A stretch of DNA of 64,000 nt, taken from positions 4,836,001 through 4,900,000 of the forward strand of contig NC_043023.1 in NCBI RefSeq assembly GCF_006345805.1, read 5' to 3'. Under the pieces are notes generated by a model. The model saw only the letters and a list, made by a program, of their open reading frames with translations, made no database searches and was not told the origin of the DNA. Made by a program: the position numbers and the translations under genes. Shown here piece by piece: positions 1 to 12,470 of this stretch (position 1 is its first letter; each line of letters opens with the position of its first letter). This stretch comes from Octopus sinensis (taxonomy: Eukaryota).

Positions 1-323
1 GGAATCTGCAAAAGCAGCATGGCGGATTGTGAAGGGGGCAGCGGAAGAGCTCAACTGAGCCAATGGTGCTTCTAACATTGATGCTGAATGGAGGAATCCA
101 AGAAGATCAATGGTCAGGATCACCAAGCTCTATCAAGAGAGTAAATGCAATGTATTGATGGTGGTGATATCCATGGTTGTGTCGACTAATGAAAGATTCA
201 CTCAAGCTCCCAATTCAAATCCTTAATAATGGAATTGGATGGCGACAGAGAATCATGGGAATCTGCAAAAGCAGCAAAAAAGAAAAGAAAATAGAATAGG
301 GGTTAAATGAAAATATAATATTT

Positions 324-505
324 CATCATCATCATCATTGTTCCACCGTGGTCGAGACAATGGAATTTACTATGTTACGCCAGTCTTCACGGTCCATCAT
401 AGCATTACGGAGGTCCTGTTGCTGGATGCCTGTATCCCTGGAGATTACATCAGGGTAGGAGAGTGTGTGCCCTCTGGTATCACGAGCAGATGGCTTCCAG
501 CAAAC
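324..505 (-). mobile_element. 3' end fragment of an RTE-type LINE with (GAT)n tail
   Basis: Minus strand reads ...SRDTGIQQQDLRNAMMDREDWRNIVNSIVSTTVEQ* followed by GATGATGAT, typical of an RTE C-terminus and tail. The same tail recurs at 19813-19845. Confidence 0.65.
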
Positions 506-862
506 TAGACTCTTCTACCTTTCACAAGAGATGATACAGGTGGTAATTTCCCATATATTTGTACTTTGGTTGGATGACACTTCCACAAGAGATTTTAATA
601 TTTACTAACATCTTGTTCTTAGAAATAAAATTTCTTCTACCAGTCCCTCTTTCATAGAATCCATTTCCTTATTTTCAATGCAGAAAACAGTGAAATCTCT
701 ATTTGTGACATTGGAAACTTACAATGGTTTCATATTACGATTTACATTTATTCAGTTGATTCACTTTTACCAACTTCAACTGCCCTTCCAGTAACAGTAT
801 AGCTGTAGTTACTAGAGAGATATTGTGTAACCATTTCATTTCCTTTTTTTTTCCCATGGCAG

Positions 863-937
863 GTAATGTGCAATTATCCTGGATCAATGACACGTCAGCC
901 TATGTTGCCCTCCATAACAAAGACAATGCAGGAATGG
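863..937 (+). CDS. PARN: PARN internal exon (RRM C-terminal part), phase 1 to 1
   Basis: Pyrimidine tract+AG at 861-862, GTAAGT at 938. Encodes (G)NVQLSWINDTSAYVALHNKDNAGM(V), matching the recalled human PARN segment GNIQISWIDDTSAFVSL. Confidence 0.92.
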
Positions 938-1359
938 GTAAGTCTTCGGCATTTTCTTGTTCCACTTGAAAATGAGTTGAAAGAGGGAAGTGCAGTCCTT
1001 TGTAAATTTATTCTTTTACTTGTTTCAGTCATTAAACTGCAGCCATGCTGGAGCAATGCCTTGAAGGGTTTTAGTCAAACAAATCAACCCCAGGGCTTAT
1101 TTTTCTAAAGCTTAGTACTTATTCTATCAGTCATTTTTGCTGAACTGCTAAGTATATTGTCAGCCACCAAGGAACATGCTCAGCTGGTTAAAGTCAAACT
1201 ACTAACAAGAAAATCTGTGGTATTGAGCAGAATATTTGCTGTAGAGAAAACATGTGCATGATAGCACTTCCAATCAGTTAAGATCAGAGGCCATGAAAGC
1301 TACTGCCTGGTACTACATCAAGGAATTTTTATTATTATTATTATTATTAAGAAGCAGAA

Positions 1360-2035
1360 GAAAGTGGTGGTGAGCTGGTAAAATCATTAGAATGCCAGCA
1401 AAAAAATGCTTTGTGGGATTTCTTTTGGTTTCACATTCTGAGTTCAAATTCCACTGATATCAACTTTGTCTTTCATCCTTTCAGATTCAATAAACTAAAT
1501 GTGAATTAAACACCAGGCTTGATGTGATTGACCCTCTAAAATGTCAGGCTTTTGCCTAGATAGAAAAGATTGTTATTATTACTTATATTATAAAAGTGGT
1601 GAGATGGCATAACCGTTGGCAGGCGCGGTAAAATGCTTGGCAGCATTTCGTCCATCTTTACATTCTGAGTTCAAATTCTGCCAGGCTTTTACTCTTTCTT
1701 TGCTTTTACTCTTTCAGGGTCAATAATTAAGTACCAGCTGAGTACTGGGGTCAATGTTATCAACTAGTTCCCTCCTTACAAATTTCAGGCCTTTGTACCT
1801 TAAGTAGAAAGGATTATTATTATTATTATTATTAATGTGGTGAACTGGCAGAATCATTAGCACGCCTGACGAAATACAGCATTTTGCCTCTCTTCTTGTT
1901 CCGAGTTCAAATGCCACCAAGGTCAACTTTGCTTCTCATTGTTTTGGGGTCAATGAAATAAGTACCAGTTGAGTAATCAATTATCCCCCTCTTTCAAATT
2001 TCAGGCCTTGTGCCTATAGTAGAAAGGATTATTAT
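1360..2035 (+). mobile_element. Three tandem degraded copies of tRNA-headed SINE family 2, separated by (ATT)n
   Basis: Recurring GAGCTGGCAGAATCATTAG...GAGTTCAAATTC...CTTTCATCCTTT...AAGTACCAG blocks at about 1370, 1600 and 1845. Confidence 0.7.
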
Positions 2036-2058
2036 TATTGTTATTTTATTCCCAACAG

Positions 2059-2233
2059 TCTTGAAGACACTCACCCAAGCCGAAACCTACCGCGTGATCT
2101 CATACAAAGAATCGAAGCGCAAGAAGATCGCCATCTCTGAGCCGCAACCACGCAAAAAGCGTCCCATCATCCTTGACGATGAAACAAACGGTGGCAACAA
2201 TTTCACCAAAAAATTCAAGACACTCAACGTTGA
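2059..2233 (+). CDS. PARN: PARN exon, phase 1 to 2
   Basis: CCCAACAG acceptor, GTAAGT donor, in frame with exon 863-937. Encodes (V)LKTLTQAETYRVISYKESKRKKIAISEPQPRKKRPIILDDETNGGNNFTKKFKTLNV, similar to recalled human AVNTSKYAESYRIQTYAEY. Confidence 0.9.
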
Positions 2234-2774
2234 GTAAGTTAACACTGGTTTCAACTAGATTCACACGGAATGGAATTTTGTCTTTACACCTGTTTCGTGT
2301 CTATTATTGGACTGTACCCATGTTGGCAGTCATGTGATTTGTTGTGTTCCATAATTTTTTTTACATGTATAAATAACCATGTGGTTAAAAAGTTCACTTC
2401 TTAATCATGAGGATTCAGGTTCATTCCCTATGCGTTGCACTTTCAGCAAGTGATTTCTTCTGTGGCCTGGAGCTGACCAATACCTCACTTTCTTGCACAT
2501 TAAGTGTTTGATCCAGTACTCCGTCACTCCTGTCTTTATCTCCTTCCTAACTATTCTCATCCCTATATGATATGTGGTGGCCATAAAAAGACTCCTGTGC
2601 TTCTCCTTCTATCAGACTTTTCATCTATTCCTACTAAAACAAGTAAAGCCGTTATATCTAAACTTGAACAAAAAAGAAATCCTTCACTGTTTCTAAAAGA
2701 AATATGTTACCTTTATTAAACAGTGTAAAAGTAACTTTAAATACACCTTCTATTCCTCTCAAAAATGCTGGCAA

Positions 2775-3175
2775 AGAGGATGAATGGCTTTGATAGCAGA
2801 GCCCGGGAGACCATCAAGAACATCAGATGGTATCATCATGTTTCAAGCAGCATCCTACTTCATAGCTTTCTGTTGCATGCACTGGTGTGGACATGTCCTC
2901 TATCTCCCATTAGATCACCCTTCTGGGGCTTTAGTCTCATTCGATACAGCAGCTGCAAGCTGGATGAGGTCCCATGGTAGGCCATGCACCAGATGACTGG
3001 ATGGGATTGGGGAAGATCTCCAGCGGCTCAACGTCACCTTGGAGGAAGCAGAGGGGCTGGCATGGGACTGCCAAGGATGGGGAGCTCTGGTGGATCTGGT
3101 CAGCTCTATGCATGAGGATATCTCTGGGACCACTAACCTGGGATGACCCCAGCCCCATTAAGCAAGAGCATGAAG
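2775..3175 (+). mobile_element. Degraded RTE-type LINE 3' fragment
   Basis: Encodes ...GRPCTR*LDGIGEDLQRLNVTLEEAEGLAWDCQGWGALVDLV, an RTE C-terminal pattern, with an in-frame stop. Confidence 0.65.
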
Positions 3176-3899
3176 CAAACAAGCGTATATACATAGTGTA
3201 GAGAAATTATACACCTGCATGTTCCTTACTGCTTTAGTTATTTGCAGCTTGCTTAAAAATTCATTACTAGACTTTACACTCCAAAATACCCGAATTGCAA
3301 AAAAGTCTTTTGCAATACCTTATAAAAGATGGCTTAATAACATTTAATGCAGCATTTAGTGATACAGACAGCTGTTTTGGTACACTCTCTGCTACCTGCA
3401 ACAAATCTACTCTTGAATATATATAGGGAACGTGGGTACACACATTAAAAAATTATAATGTTTTTGTTTATCAAATGCATTTCGTTTTCAGAATTTAATA
3501 CACTCTACAGACAAAATTATATATTTGTATGAATGTTTATTTTCAAACTGATTACCATTGTGGTGCAGACACTATTGATAATGTGAAACAATGGAATCAC
3601 AAACATCAATAAACATTTTGTTTGGTATTTGTGTGCATTCTTATTCAGTCGCTGCCCTTAGATCATCAGTGTCTATAGAAACCCCATTAAAGAAAGTCTA
3701 GTGGAGCAAAGTCCAGTTAACCCAGGTTATTCTACTGAACCTCTTCATCAAATTCACCTGTTTGGCAAAATGTCATCAAGATGGTCACTAACATTATTAT
3801 GGTAGTGATAGAGGTGCCTCATCTTACTGAAAATAAAACTCCATATCTTCCAGGTCTTCTTAAAAGCTTGGTAAAACAGATTGTAGCAGCAAGTTCAAG

Positions 3900-4165
3900 T
3901 AAATGGAACCAGTCACAGTGCTGTCATACTGTCTTTCTCATGATAAGCCATGCCATACTGTAATGTCGAATAAGAGTAAACCCCTGGTAGGATGATCTCG
4001 CAGCAGACAGAAGATGCCTGCACCAGCAGATGGTGGGCAGCTGTGAGGTGGGAAGTTGAGGGCTGATGCATGTGAGCATGCTTTTCTTTGTGGAAACATA
4101 ATAGTACCATCTGATGTTCTTGATGGTTCTCAGGGTTCCGTTGGTGAGACTGTTGATCCTCTTTA
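3900..4165 (-). mobile_element. RTE-type LINE fragment, inverted relative of 2775-3175
   Basis: Shares GAGAACCATCAAGAACATCAGATGGTA with the 2800-2840 region, on the opposite strand. Confidence 0.55.
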
Positions 4166-5154
4166 TCAGGGTCTTTGTGAAGGGTAGAAGAAGGTATATA
4201 AGAAGTTACTATTATACTATTTAATGAGGGTTATAAGTATATTTTCTTCAAAAACAGTGAAGGATTTTTTTCTTGTCCAATGATGTTCGTTTATAATTTA
4301 CAGATTTTCTCAGATCTGCTGTAGATGCAGTTGTGGCAATTAATTGAGCCATTTAATTTAGACATAGCCTTATCACTCCTGCTGTATGGAGACCTGCATG
4401 CCAAAGAATAGGCCTGACCTTTCCTCTGCATGTCATAAGAGGTAACTGAAAGAGGTTGGGGTAGGATTTGCACTCTGGCCTTGTAAAACCCTCTCCAGCA
4501 ATGACTACCCAAACAGACCCATGGATCATTGCTCAAGTGATGCAAAGGTATCACCCACCAGCAGGAATAGGGAATCACCAACAAATGGTTGATGTAGTGA
4601 CATGCCATTACAGTGCATGTCCATCCTCCCTATACTGCTACTATTGTTCGTCACTCCGAGCAATCTTAGTTGCAAATTGTACATCTTCTACACATCTTTC
4701 CAAATATCACTCACAAAATTCCACTTTGGTCTGGATCATCATCATGGAAAATAGTTAAGGCTGATCCTTCTGGTTGTGTAAAGCCCCCATGGCAGTGTCA
4801 CATAAAAACATCAGTGTAGCACCATGTAAAAGCACCCAGCATACTCTATAAAGTGGTTGGCTTTAGGAAGGGCATCCAGCCATAGGAGCCATACCAAATC
4901 ACAAATCAGATTGGAAGCTGTTGTGGCTCCCCAGTCACACTGTCCAACCCATGCCAGCATGGACAATGCATATTAAATGATGATGATATTAACTGTTCTT
5001 GGACCCATGTCTTTTCCAATGACAACTCTTCCGATGAACACTTGATTTTGAAATTCCTTTGCAAAGATTTCCTTGAACTCTGGCAATACATTTCTCAAAC
5101 CCTTTCTTGCTTTTGTGGCACTCATCAGTGTCTGTAGTCTTCCTTAACATTTTT

Positions 5155-5745
5155 GACCTTCGAACTTTAGGTCTCACCGAGGAAATTACCAGAGACTGAG
5201 ACCTTTGGAAGTATGCTGTGTGTGGGAAGACCCGGCAGGACAAGTGAGACCATAACCCGTGGCCTCTACCTGGGACATAGCCAGCCCACTTATGCATACC
5301 TTTCCTTGTGACACAAACCCTACTTGTGAAGACCTGTTGAGGCAAGTGAAAATCAAAATCGATCAACATCAATGGAAATTGTAGCTGTGGCACGTAAGAG
5401 AACCATCCGAACATGGCCGTTGCCAGCGCTGCCCCGACTGGCCTCCGTCCCGGTGGCACGTAAAATGAATCGTCCGATTGTGGCCGTTGCCAGCCTCGTC
5501 TGGCCCCCAAAGCACCATCCGATCGTGGCCGTTTGCCAGTCTCGTCTGGCACCTGTGCCGGTGGCACGTAAAAAGCACCCACTACACTGACGGAGTGGTT
5601 GGCGTTAGGAAGGGCATCCAGCTGTAGAAACACTGCCAGATCAGACTGGGCCTGGCGCAGCCTTCTGGATTCCCAGACCCCAGTTGAACCGTCCAACCCA
5701 TGCTAGCATGGAAAACAGACATTAAACGATGATGATGATGATGAT
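5155..5745 (+). mobile_element. RTE LINE 3' end with modular 3' UTR and (GAT)n tail
   Basis: 5155-5250 matches the end of the RT ORF at 50787-50876. It continues into the GGAGTGGTTGGCGTTAGGAAGGGCATCCAGC...ACGATGATGAT tail. Confidence 0.8.
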
Positions 5746-6185
5746 TCTGAACATTTTCATTTGCTTCAGACTTACATCCATTTTTGAGTAATGAGTGAAT
5801 CTGGTTGAAATTCCCTCTGAAACCACCTTTGCATCTTGTCACATTCTCCATTTGAAGGGAGAGTATGATGAGTTATGAACTGAGGAAGCCTAACCCTAAC
5901 CTCTTCCCCTCCTTCTCTTTCTTGTCCCCCCTCTCCCTGGGTTCAAATCCTACTTAGGTCAAGATTGCCTTTAATGCTTTCAGGGGCCTTAGAATAAAGT
6001 ACCAATCGAGTACTAGGGATATGATGTCAATGGTATTGACTTTCTCCATCTCAAATTTGTTTGTCTTATGTTTATATTAGAAACAATTTTTGTTACTGTT
6101 GTTGTTATTGTCAGAAATTATTATTATTGTTATGTTTGTTTACTTTTTTTTCTTACATATTATTCCTTATTATTTCCTGTTTCAG

Positions 6186-6283
6186 TGCTGCCCCCTTTAT
6201 CTCCAGACGTTTCTCCCCCACTATCAAGATAACTGACCCCCACTCAACCATCCACATTCCTCTGTCTAAATTAGTGAATCAAG
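6186..6283 (+). CDS. PARN: Candidate PARN exon (possibly alternative), phase 2 to 1
   Basis: Long pyrimidine tract+TTTCAG, donor AAG/GTAATT. Open frame AAPFISRRFSPTIKITDPHSTIHIPLSKLVNQ, in phase with exon 2059-2233 and with terminal exon 20621. Confidence 0.5.
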
Positions 6284-6737
6284 GTAATTGATATCCATAA
6301 AACATACATACATATGCATTGATACATATCTGCATGTGTGATATGTGTGTGTATATGTGTGTGTGTAATAATAGTATTATTAATCTTGAGATTAAACTAA
6401 AGAGGAATTTTAAAACACTGCAAAATCAGAATATTAAATGTTTGAAAGATTGGAAACTCAGAATAGTAAAATGCCATAATACCAAATGATGAAAAAACCC
6501 TAAAAATCATTTATTTCATTTTAAAAGAGAGAAACAGGGCTTATCAGTGAACCATTTATTCTAGCCTGTGGTGTTGGAGACATTTGGTTGGGCTGGGCTT
6601 CGAACTGCGAAGTTCTTGTCATTATTAGTGTCTCACCTAACCAAGGCATTGGGTGATGCCTGTGAGGGTGCTTGACTGTTCTAATGCCTTAGCCTCGCCA
6701 TTGCCTGTGGTAATGCTACAAGCATGTTGACTTGTTT

Positions 6738-7430
6738 CAGAAGGTTCTGTTGATCCTTGCTTCAATAGGTTCAGTTGAGCCTTGCTTCAATAGATTCTGT
6801 TGAGCCTTGCTTCGATATGTTCAGTTGAGCCTTACTCTAATAGATTCAGTTGAGCCTTACTTCAATATGTTCTGTTGAGCCTTGCTTCGATAGGTTCTGT
6901 TGAGCCTTGCTTCGATAGGTTCTGTTGATCCTTGCTTCAATAGGTTCTGTTGAGCCTTGCTTCAATAGGTTTAATTGAGCCATACTTCAATAGATTCTGT
7001 TGCACCTTGCTTCGATAGGTTCTGTTGAGCCTTGCTTCAATAGGTTTTGTTGAGCCTTCAATAGGTTCTGTTGAGCCCTGCTTCAATAGATTCAGTTGAG
7101 CCTTACTTCAATAGGTTCAGTTGAACCTTGCTTCGATAGGTTCTGTTGAGCCTTGCTTCGATAGGTTCTGTTGAGCCTTACTTTGATAGGTTCTGTTGAA
7201 CCTTGCTTCGATAGGTTCTGTTGAACCTTGCTTCGATAGGTTCTGTTGAACCTTGCTTCAATAGGTTCTGTTGAACCTTGCTTCGATAGGTTCTGTTGAA
7301 CCTTGCTTCGATAGGTTCTGTTGAACCTTGCTTCGATAGGTTCTGTTGAACCTTACTTTGATAGGTTCTGTTGAGCCTTGCTTCAGTAGGTTCTGTTGAG
7401 CCTTGTTTCAATAAGTTATGTTGAGTCTTG
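6738..7430. repeat. 25-bp minisatellite, about 27 copies
   Basis: Unit CCTTGCTTCGATAGGTTCTGTTGAA repeats directly with point variants. The spurious ORF 7178-7411 has a 25-aa (3 x 25 bp) period. Confidence 0.95.
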
Positions 7431-8315
7431 TGTATTCTTCAGTTTTGGATTTGGATTTTAATATGGATTTTGTATATGTGTATCATATTCATGTGTTGTA
7501 TATGTAATTATCTCTGTTGGTAATAAAAATAATAGGTTTGCTTGAAGAAAAAGAAGAGTTTGTTTGAGAAACATAACGTAAAAGTGAGTTGCTAGGTTAT
7601 GAGATTGCAAAAACTTCAATGGTTCTTTTATCAAATATTTCCATCCTTTAAATTTTCTCATTTCATTCAATTCCAACATAAACACATTGAATGTAGGTGG
7701 TATTATTATTATTGTTTGTAAGGCAATGAACTGGCAGAATCGTTAGCACATTGGGCAAAATTCTGGCCATTTCATTTGTCTTCATGTTCTGAGTTCAAAT
7801 TCGACTGAGGTCGAGTTTGTCTTTCGTCTTTTCAGGGTCAATAAAATAAAGTACCAGTTGAGTACTGAGATTGATGTAATCAACTTTTCCCCGCCCCTGA
7901 AATTGCTGGCTTTGTGCCAAAATTTGAAATCTTTATTATTAGTGTTCTTTTATTCGTTTACTTGCTTCAGTCATTTGACTGCAGCCATACTGGAGCACCA
8001 CCTTGTAGTTGAAAATATTGATTGCAGGACTTATTTTTTGTAAGCCTAGTACTTCTATCAGTGTCTTATGCTGAACTGCTAAGTTACAGGGATTTAAACA
8101 CATCAGTTGTCAAGTGATGGTTGAGTGACAAACACAGACACACATGTACAAATAAATACATACATTAATATATATATATATATTAATCAGCCGAAATTAC
8201 TACGATGATTCGGTTCTTGACTGAAGACTGAGGGTTTCGAATGTCCTGTCCGTGTTTATTGTATCGTCTTCTAAGAGTTATACGTTCTTGTCCATGTTGT
8301 ATTTTTCTACATACC

Positions 8316-8344
<29 letters not shown>

Positions 8345-8351
<7 letters not shown>

Positions 8352-8760
8352 ACAAGCTTCTTTCAGTTTACGTCTACCAAATCTCTTCACACAGCTTTGG
8401 TCGGCCTGAGGCAGTAATAGAAAACATTTGCCCAAGTTACTATGCAGTGGGACAGAACCTAGAACCATGTGGTTGGAAAGCAAGCTTCTTATTTCTTTAT
8501 TGCCCACAAGAGGGCTAAACATAGGGGGGACAAACAAAGGGATTAAGTCGATTACATTGACCCCAGTGCGTAACTGGTACTTAATTTATCAACCCCGAAA
8601 GGATAAAAGGCAAAGTCGACCTTGGCGGAATTTGAACTAAGGACGTAACGGCAGACGAAATACTGCTTAGTATTTCACCCGGCATGCTAATGTTTCTGCC
8701 AGCTCACCACCTTTTTATTTGCATGGGAAAGCAAATCTCTTACCACACAGCCACGCATCC
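8345..8760 (-). mobile_element. SINE family 1 head interrupted by a SINE family 2 insertion (8491-8711)
   Basis: Degenerate TSD GGAAAGCAAGCTTCTT (8475-8490) / GGAAAGCAAATCTCTT (8726-8741) flanks a complete SINE2 copy. Confidence 0.8.
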
Positions 8761-10559
8761 ACTTACCTGTTTGTGTAATAAACAACAAAATTCTTCTATT
8801 CTCTCAATTTCCTGTGATTTAGACCATCACATGGTCCCATCAGACAAAACTGAAAAGGCATTGCCCTGCAGGGAGATTTGCTGGAACAGCCATTCTAACA
8901 TAGAGGGCTTGCTCTTGTGGACAGCCATCTCTGCCCCAATAGCAGTTCAGGGGCTAAGAACAGCAGAGGTCTCCATTGCCACAGGCTCGGCCATAATCCT
9001 GTCAGTGAGTGACAGATACTTTTGAGGGACAACTGTGAAAGTGAAGGGAGATAATCAAAAGCACAATATTAATTTTAATTTTCCAAACTTCTATCATTTT
9101 TGTTTCTATTGTAAAACGAGAGGGCTTTATATTAAGTAAGAAAAGAATTTAAAGTACACAAACATTTCACTTATGTCCCTTGTATTCTTTGTTTTTTTCT
9201 AAGTGAAAAATATGTTTCTCAAAATAAACTTTCTTGTATATAAATGTCTCTTAAGATATTTCCAAATATAAATATTTCTAAATTCTCAGTTTTAATCTTT
9301 TGACATTATGGTATTTCCTATTCTGAGTGTTTCGTCTTCCAAATTTTATATATTTAGACTGTTTTAGTGTTTTAAAATTGTCACATACAACCTTCTTGGG
9401 TTTGGTTAAGACCCAAATATATATATACATATATATATATTTATAGACACATACACACACGTATCTGTGTGTATTAATGACTGCTACTACTTGGCTGGTG
9501 TTGATCTATAATCAGACTGACTTGATCGCAATGGCCATTAACTGACCGATATTAAAGTGACCCTCACTCACTGACACTCCAACTATCATGTTGTCACTAA
9601 CTGACCCTCAGTAACTTTGACCCAAGACCCAACTCCCTACGTACTTCATGGCCTGACTGACTGAGTGACCAAGGTGATGGATTAATTTAACCAACTTCGG
9701 GCAACAGAGTGGCCAAGCCAACGAGCAAGGTCTTTGTAGTTGCTCGGGCTTCAAGAGATAACGGTAGTATTTCCCTCAAACCACACCAGTACGTTAGATA
9801 ATGGAGTCATACATAAACCTGAAAAGACTCAATGACCAACCAAGGGCTAAATAATAACACAGTGAATTTATTTCTTAGATTTTTATTTCATTTATTTTGA
9901 TCTTTTAATCAGGGGGAAGGCAGTGCCATGTCCTTTTATAGGGGTTCTGAGACTAGTGAGAGGAGATGAGATGACAGGTATCCTCAAACTGGAGACCTGG
10001 AATGAATATTTATTGCAGAATCCCTCCCCACCCTTCCAAGGCACCAGGTGATGGAATAAGTCTACCACACATGTAGGTCTTGGTGGGGTTTGAACCTAGA
10101 ACTCAAAGAACCAGAACAAATGCTGCAAAGGCATCCAGTCTGACATTCTCCTAGTTCTGCCAATCCACTGGCCTCAACTGGATTATAGTGCAAATTGCAA
10201 AACAAAAGTGGACACAATTACGGGAAAATTGGTGGTCAGTCCCTGAGAAACTTCATGAAAATCACTATCTTCAAATAGATGACAACAAAATTAGTGTGTC
10301 CTTTGTTAGTGCTTATTTTTTACTGTCATCTTCATCATCATCTAACATCCGTTTCCCATGCTGGTATGGGTTAGATGGTTTAACTGGAAACTGGTGAAGC
10401 TGGAGAGCTGCACCAGGTGCCAGTCTGTTTTGACTTGGTTTCTTCAGTTGGATGATCTTCCTAATGCCAATCACTCCATAGGGTATACAGAGTGCCTTTT
10501 AGGTGTCACTGGCACAGGCACCAAAGTTTATTTATTCCACCAAATGATCACATTCTAAA

Positions 10560-10935
10560 TTACAACATCTAAATACAAAGAAATGAAGGAACAGAGGAGG
10601 AGACTCCCTTCGGTCATGAATGACCATGGGATTGCACCTAGAAAGTTACCCTCCGAGGCACAAGTCCAGGCAAGGTTGTTTGTGGAAGGCCAGCAGTTGC
10701 CCATGCATACCAGCCTCCCCTCTCCACACCACTGATGTTATCCAAGGGAAAGGCAAAGGGCCGATACAGCTTGGCACCTGTGATGTTGAAATTCATTTCT
10801 ACGGCTGAGTGAACTGAAGTAATGTGAAATAAAGTGTCTTGCTCAAGAACACAGCATGCAGCCTGGTCCGGGAATCGAACTCACAACCTTGCGGTCGTAA
10901 GCTCAATGCTCTAACCACTGAACCATGCACCTTCA
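10560..10935 (-). mobile_element. tRNA-headed SINE family 3
   Basis: Minus strand has A-box-like TGGTTCAGTGG and B-box-like GTTCGATTCC. The body is shared with 27295-27755. Confidence 0.7.
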
Positions 10936-10988
10936 CAGAAAGAACAGAAATGTGTGTGTGTATATGTATATGTATATGTGTATATGTA

Positions 10989-11025
<37 letters not shown>

Positions 11026-11028
<3 letters not shown>

Positions 11029-11457
11029 CTAAGCAATAAGGGTTTAGCAACGAGTTGCCTTACCACATACCGAATTTAGAAATAGCAGTCAAAGGGTTAT
11101 AGCTATTTCTTCTACTAAAAAGGGAGATCTCAGTAAAAACAGCATTTGGAAGGCACAAACAGGTAAGAGAGAATGAATTGACTGCAATCTATCATACATT
11201 TTTTTAGTTATCCACGGACGTACGTTTCGAAATCAAGTTTTAAAACTTGATTTCGAAACGTACGTCCGTGGATAACTAAAAAAAATGTATGATAGATTGC
11301 AGTCAATTCATTCTTCTTACCTGTTTGTGCCTTCCAAATGCTGTTTTTACTGAGATCTCCCTTTTTAGTAGAAGAAATAGCTATAACCCTTTGACTGCTA
11401 TTTCTAAATTCGGTATGTGGTAAGGCAACTCGTTGCTAAACCCTTATTGCTTAGTAT
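11026..11457. repeat. 432-bp spacerless near-perfect palindrome
   Basis: Arms 11026-11241 and 11242-11457 are reverse complements except for two single-base indels. The centre is CAAGTTTT|AAAACTTG. Confidence 0.95.
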
Positions 11458-11567
11458 TACTTAAATTTTCCTCGAATGAGGCTTTTACATGCCGAAGACT
11501 ACTTGGTGTAATTGATAATTTTTCCAAATTATTAATTTCACCCTTCATTATACGGATAACTATATAT

Positions 11568-11603
<36 letters not shown>

Positions 11604-11808
11604 CTCCAAGAAAGTTAGGGGTCGTGAGTCCAACCCACTAAGGGATAATATCTATCCAATATACTGTTGGTAGAATACCCAATTATTAATACACAAGTGT
11701 TTTTTATTGCATTGCAATTACATTACCTGGTGTATTAAATGGGAGAGGGTAAAGAGATATTTTACCATTAATTTATATTACAAATAAGAAAATGGAGAAC
11801 AATAGCTG

Positions 11809-11892
11809 GTTCATCAACTTTTGGACATTAAAGATGTTAACTTATTTATTAAATAAATAAGTTAACATTTTAATGTCCTAAAGTTGATGAAC
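11809..11892. repeat. 84-bp imperfect hairpin at the end of a (TA)n-flanked repeat
   Basis: GTTCATCAACTT...AAGTTGATGAAC. The unfolded form of the same family is at about 38075-38120. Confidence 0.8.
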
Positions 11893-11992
11893 TGTAAGCT
11901 TAGAATTTATTCTATTTGGTCTCTTTTGCTGAACCACTAAGTTATAGGGACACAAACACACCAAAATCAGTTGTCAAGCGACAGATATACAC

Positions 11993-12025
<33 letters not shown>

Positions 12026-12026
<1 letters not shown>

Positions 12027-12470
12027 GTGTCGGTGGCACATAAAAACACCATCCGAGCGTGGCCGTCTGCCAGCCTCGTCTGGCACCTGTGTCGGTGGCA
12101 CATAAAAAACACCATCCGAGCGTGGCCGTCTGCCAGCCTCGTCTGGCACCTGTGTCGGTGGCACATAAAAAACACCATCCGAGCGTGGCCGTCTGCCAGC
12201 CTCGTCTGGCACCTGTGTCGGTGGCACATAAAAAACACCATCCGAGCGTGGCCGTTTGTCAGCCTCGTCTGGCACCTGTGTCGGTGGCACATAAAATCAC
12301 CCACTACACTCTCGGAGTGGTTGGCGTTAGGAAGGGCATCCAGCTGTAGAAACACTGCCAGATCTGACTGGACTGGTGCAGCTTTCGGGCTCCCCAGACC
12401 CCAGTTGAACCGTCCAACCCATGCTAGCATGGAAAGCGGACGTTAAATGATGATGATGATGATGATATGA
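12026..12470 (+). mobile_element. RTE-tail element with about 4.5 tandem copies of a 63-bp module
   Basis: Unit GTGTCGGTGGCACATAAAAAACACCATCCGAGCGTGGCCGTCTGCCAGCCTCGTCTGGCACCT; overlapping ORFs show a 21-aa period. Ends in the shared (GAT)n tail. Confidence 0.9.

Noticed and set aside
1-276. 19-bp direct repeat GGAATCTGCAAAAGCAGCA at 1-19 and about 258-276
   Set aside because: Cut by the window edge; possibly a TSD or LINE fragment but cannot be classified.
3319-3395. Minus-strand exon-like segment VAESVPKQLSVSLNAALNVIKPSFI
   Set aside because: It lies antisense in a PARN intron, could not be chained in phase to neighbours, and has no recognisable homology.
8684-9025. 113-aa ORF / possible PARN exon 8824-9003
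   Set aside because: The ORF starts inside a SINE, the exon would end in phase 0 (incompatible), and there is no family resemblance.
12026-12300. CRISPR-like appearance of the 63-bp repeats (also the 25-bp array at 6738-7430)
   Set aside because: Units are contiguous with no unique spacers, there are no cas genes, and the context is animal DNA.
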